Assembly: GCA_963843795.1 (NCBI GenBank)
Contig: CAWJLW010000006.1
Span: 2,294,001-2,358,000 of the forward strand
Length of the DNA stretch: 64,000 nucleotides
Source of the DNA: an uncultured bacterium
GTDB taxonomy: Bacteria > Armatimonadota > Abditibacteriia > Abditibacteriales > Abditibacteriaceae
Direction: 5' to 3'
Shown here: one piece after another, positions 60,967 to 64,000 of the stretch
Numbering within the stretch: the first letter of the stretch is position 1
Layout of the letters: every line of letters begins with the position of its first letter
The notes under the pieces: generated by a model
Told to the model about the DNA's origin: nothing
The model's input: only the letters and a program-made list of their open reading frames with translations
The model's database searches: none
Translations under genes and position numbers: made by a program

Positions 60967-62886
60967 TTATTCCTCGCCTGCACCGCTCATGCCGCCCAGC
61001 ATTCCGCCCAGCAAATCGGAAATATCCATCGCTTTACCGCCGCTAATATCTTCGTCGCCGTGCGCGCCCTGAATCCAGCGCGCATACAAAGCGCGAAGCT
61101 GCGGAGCCTGATTGGGAGCCGCATTCGTCATCGCGTTCATTAAATCACTCGCTGTTGCCACGCCGTTATCATAGCGCGCGTAATAATTGCGCAGTGCGGT
61201 GAAAAACGCCGCATCGCCCATTTGTTTGCGCAGCGCATCGTAAAACAACGCGCCCTTGCCGTAAACAATCGCGCCATACTGCAGGTTACCGCTGTACTGT
61301 GAGGTGCGCTTGTTGACCGGCGCATCGGCGTTGCCCAGCATTCGGCCCATCGAATACGAAGTTTTGAGGTGCAGGTCGATCATCTGCTGTGCTTTGGCTG
61401 CGCCATAGCGATCTTCGAAATAAATCATCGCGCTGTAATTGGTCAGGCTTTCATCCAGCCACGGCGCGCGCTGCGAATCGCTGCCCACACCAATCGCCCA
61501 CCACTGATGCGCCACTTCATGCGCGACAGTCACTTCCAGCAACGAATCGAAAATCTGCTTTTGTTCACCCAGAATGCCGCCCAGCATATCGGCCGCCGGA
61601 TTATTGGCATCGGCTCCTTCATTGACTGGCGCTTGGCTTTGAGTTTGGCCGCCATAGGCTTCGTTTTCTAAATCGCCCAGAAAATCGCCCATCTTTCCGT
61701 CCATTCCACCCGCGCCCAACGATTGACCCAATGCACCCAGCTGCGCGCCCAAATCTTCATAAAGCATTGAAGCAATCGCCGTCATGCCAGAATATTCCAT
61801 ACCGCCCGCGCCGCCGCGCATCGGGCCTTCGGCGACGATAAAGCTGTCATACGGATACGGCCCGAAACGTTTGGCGTAAATTTGCAGCGCGCTGCCCGCG
61901 ACATCAATCACTTCATTGGCTTTGGCCAGATGTTTCTGTGTCGTGAAAGCCTGCACGTTGACGTTTCTGCCGCCGACATTGAAAACCTTACTGCGCGGCA
62001 CGAACGCATCGCTCATCAAAACCGCGCAATCGCGCACATTGTTAAGCTGAAAACTCTGCACGCTGCGCATTCCCACACCGCGCCGGGAAGAACGCTGTCC
62101 GGGCGCGACCACCATCACAGTCGGCGGAACATCAAAACTCACATTGTAATCGCTCATTTGCGCATACGCCACGTCTCCCAAACCTTCGGGCGCCTCATCA
62201 ATCCAGCGCCCGTTTTGGCGCATCGCCAGCGTCGGATACCAGAACGCGCCCAGGCTCAGAACCTCGCTGCCATAAGAATACAAACCGTAATCGACATTTT
62301 TCGGCTTGGCGGTTTCGGTTGTCGGCATTCCCAGCAAACCGCCAACATCGCTGCTTAGGCCGCCCATCATTTCCATGATGCCGCCGCTGCCTTCGGGCGC
62401 GCGCGGAACGACGCCGTGCCATTTCAGATGCAACGTGACCGGTGAATTCTGCGCGTTCGTCCAACTGGTGCGCAAAACTGCGCCCTCTAATTTCCAGTTG
62501 ACCGATTGCCCATTTATTTCCACGCTATCAATCGCCACGTTCAAGCGCTTGTCATCGGCGCCGCCAACGCCGCCCGCATTAGCGAAGACGAAAAAAACCG
62601 CATCGCGCAGGTTTTCGCCATTGGTCGGAACCGTGATGTCGCCCTCGGCGCGAAACGTCATCAGTTGCCAATCGATGGTCGCGCGCATTTGATAGTTGGG
62701 CCGCACGTTTTGCGTTTGTCCGGTCACGATAGTAGAAAGTTCTCGCAACAGCGGTACGCTCGCCACGCTCGCGCTGATAGTACGCACGCCAGTCGCGCCG
62801 CTAACGACCTGATTCACCGCGTATAACGGAGCGGCGACAACGACCAAAGCGAGCGCGGCACGCCCGAAAAGAGGAACAGTTTTCAT
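60967..62886 (-). CDS. Secreted M1-family (gluzincin) metallopeptidase
   Basis: GGMEY, HEVAHQWW with a downstream E (WLDESL), and YGKGALF. Confidence 0.9.
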   Translation of the reverse strand: MKTVPLFGRAALALVVVAAPLYAVNQVVSGATGVRTISASVASVPLLRELSTIVTGQTQNVRPNYQMRATIDWQLMTFRAEGDITVPTNGENLRDAVFFVFANAGGVGGADDKRLNVAIDSVEINGQSVNWKLEGAVLRTSWTNAQNSPVTLHLKWHGVVPRAPEGSGGIMEMMGGLSSDVGGLLGMPTTETAKPKNVDYGLYSYGSEVLSLGAFWYPTLAMRQNGRWIDEAPEGLGDVAYAQMSDYNVSFDVPPTVMVVAPGQRSSRRGVGMRSVQSFQLNNVRDCAVLMSDAFVPRSKVFNVGGRNVNVQAFTTQKHLAKANEVIDVAGSALQIYAKRFGPYPYDSFIVAEGPMRGGAGGMEYSGMTAIASMLYEDLGAQLGALGQSLGAGGMDGKMGDFLGDLENEAYGGQTQSQAPVNEGADANNPAADMLGGILGEQKQIFDSLLEVTVAHEVAHQWWAIGVGSDSQRAPWLDESLTNYSAMIYFEDRYGAAKAQQMIDLHLKTSYSMGRMLGNADAPVNKRTSQYSGNLQYGAIVYGKGALFYDALRKQMGDAAFFTALRNYYARYDNGVATASDLMNAMTNAAPNQAPQLRALYARWIQGAHGDEDISGGKAMDISDLLGGMLGGMSGAGEE

Positions 62887-62986
62887 AAATTCACCGCTTA
62901 AAAATGGCCTGCAAGTACTTGCAGGCGCAACTGATGGAGAATGACTTGCAAGGCAGTGCGTCCATCAATTACGAGGACAACCTATT

Positions 62987-64000
62987 ATGCTCAACGCTCT
63001 GATTTTCGATCTCGACGGCACTCTGCTCGACAGCAACCAATTACACGTCCAAGCCTGGCAAAACGCTTTTCACGATCACAAATTTTTCGTCACCGACGCA
63101 CGCATTGAGGCCGAAGTCGGTAAAGGCGGCGACCAATTAGTGCCTGCCATCATCGGCAAAGTCGATGACCAAACTTCACAAAAATTGCGCGATTCGTATT
63201 CGCAACACATCGAAACCATTTTGAAAACCGCGCAAATCCCCATCATTGATGGCGCGCGCGAACTTCTTCAAGAACTCAAAAACCGCGAAATTCGGTTGGC
63301 GCTGGCCACGTCTTCCAAAAGCGATTTTCTGGAACAAATGGAGCGCGCGGCGGGTTGGAAATTCCGCGAGGAATTTGAAGTCGTCACGACATCCGATGAT
63401 GCACCGAGTTCCAAGCCCGCGCCCGACATCATCAGCGCTGTCGTCGAGAAATTGCAACTTTCGCCCGCCCAATGCGCCCTTGTTGGCGACACACCTTTCG
63501 ATGCGCAAGCCGCACGTCTGGGCGGTGTCAGTTGTCTGGGTGTTTTGTCGAGCAAAATGGGCGTACAAGGCGAAGTTCTGCAAGCTGCTGGCGCGCGTGA
63601 AGTTTATGACAACTGCGCCGACATAAGGCGTCATTTGGATGCCGCTCTCCATATGGCTTCGCCACTGCAAATTTCACTTTCCACCGAAAAATTGCAAGCT
63701 TTAATGCGCGCCGCTTTGGATTGCGCGCGCGAAGGCATGAGCAATGGCGAAGTTCCGATTGGCAGCGTACTAGCGGACGGCGCGGGCGAAATTGTGGCGC
63801 GCGGCTGGAATCAAATGAATGCCACGCAATGCAAAACCGCGCACGCCGAAATGCAATGTTTTCAAGATAGTGCAGGCAAAATTGCACTTGATGCGCGCGA
63901 TTCAATTCTGGTTTCCACACTCGAACCGTGTGTGATGTGTACTGGCGCCGCTATGGAAAGCGCCGTCGAAACCATTGTTTATGCTTTGGAAGCGCCGCCC
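62987..64000 (+). CDS. HAD-family hydrolase fused to a Zn-dependent nucleoside/tRNA deaminase domain (truncated by window end)
   Basis: Not in the ORF track; translated by hand as MLNALIFDLDGTLLDSN...ATSS...SKPAPD...VGDTPFD, continuing in frame to GEVPIGSV...AHAE...TLEPCVMC. Confidence 0.9.
   Translation, partial: MLNALIFDLDGTLLDSNQLHVQAWQNAFHDHKFFVTDARIEAEVGKGGDQLVPAIIGKVDDQTSQKLRDSYSQHIETILKTAQIPIIDGARELLQELKNREIRLALATSSKSDFLEQMERAAGWKFREEFEVVTTSDDAPSSKPAPDIISAVVEKLQLSPAQCALVGDTPFDAQAARLGGVSCLGVLSSKMGVQGEVLQAAGAREVYDNCADIRRHLDAALHMASPLQISLSTEKLQALMRAALDCAREGMSNGEVPIGSVLADGAGEIVARGWNQMNATQCKTAHAEMQCFQDSAGKIALDARDSILVSTLEPCVMCTGAAMESAVETIVYALEAPP

Larger units (their letters stand above)
315..62923. 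repeat. Dispersed, highly iterated palindrome GCAAGTACTTGC (about 40 exact copies)
   Basis: Manual count of exact 12-mer starts: 316, 2116, 2558, 2972, 4019, 6483, 9084, 11404, 13723, 13901, 14722, 17767, 18709, 23494, 27537, 27588, 28272, 28855, 30322, 32548, 33742, 35272, 37657, 39091, 39470, 41356, 43382, 46152, 46192, 48822, 48861, 50006, 51632, 54742, 54918, 55601, 57874, 59529, 60928, 62911. Near-copies lie around 1859, 22644/22656, 25987, 31784, 32478, 42628, 43246, 50121, 51269, 52166, 53421 and 58447. Confidence 0.97.

Noticed and set aside
315..62923. Treating the repeats as a CRISPR array
   Set aside because: Copies are dispersed, only 12-14 bp are constant, there is no regular spacer period, and no cas genes are present.
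315..62923. Calling the palindrome a classical REP/BIME or IS end
   Set aside because: There is no shared GTAG/CGTC foot, arms are largely copy-specific, copies occur in-frame in core genes, and no RAYT or transposase is in the window. One elsewhere in the genome cannot be excluded.

Overview
Chromosomal window of a free-living bacterium with roughly 55% GC by eye. An Abditibacteriota/Armatimonadota-like lineage is inferred from the DUF1559 prepilin-like gene and the SpoIVB-S55/beta-propeller protein, but not proven. It holds about 45 CDS: housekeeping genes (aspS, smc, pyrG, ndk, lepB), a second-messenger cluster (CHASE4/PAS kinase, REC-PAS-GGDEF-EAL, cyclase-NTPase-TPR, siaABCD, an EAL-only protein), and glycan/envelope enzymes. 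There are two tRNAs, Thr-CGT and Val-CAC. No transposase, integrase, prophage or CRISPR array was seen. The dominant unexplained signal is a 12-bp palindrome, GCAAGTACTTGC (usually TGCAAGTACTTGCA). I counted about 40 exact copies by eye plus about a dozen near-copies, roughly one per 1.6 kb. It occupies most intergenic gaps and often centres a 28-50 bp perfect palindrome with copy-specific arms. It also forms head-to-tail dimers and sits in-frame in coding sequences as Q-V-L-A. Both apparent frameshifts in the window can be explained by one extra G just before AGTAC, which may reflect base-calling errors at a modified site.
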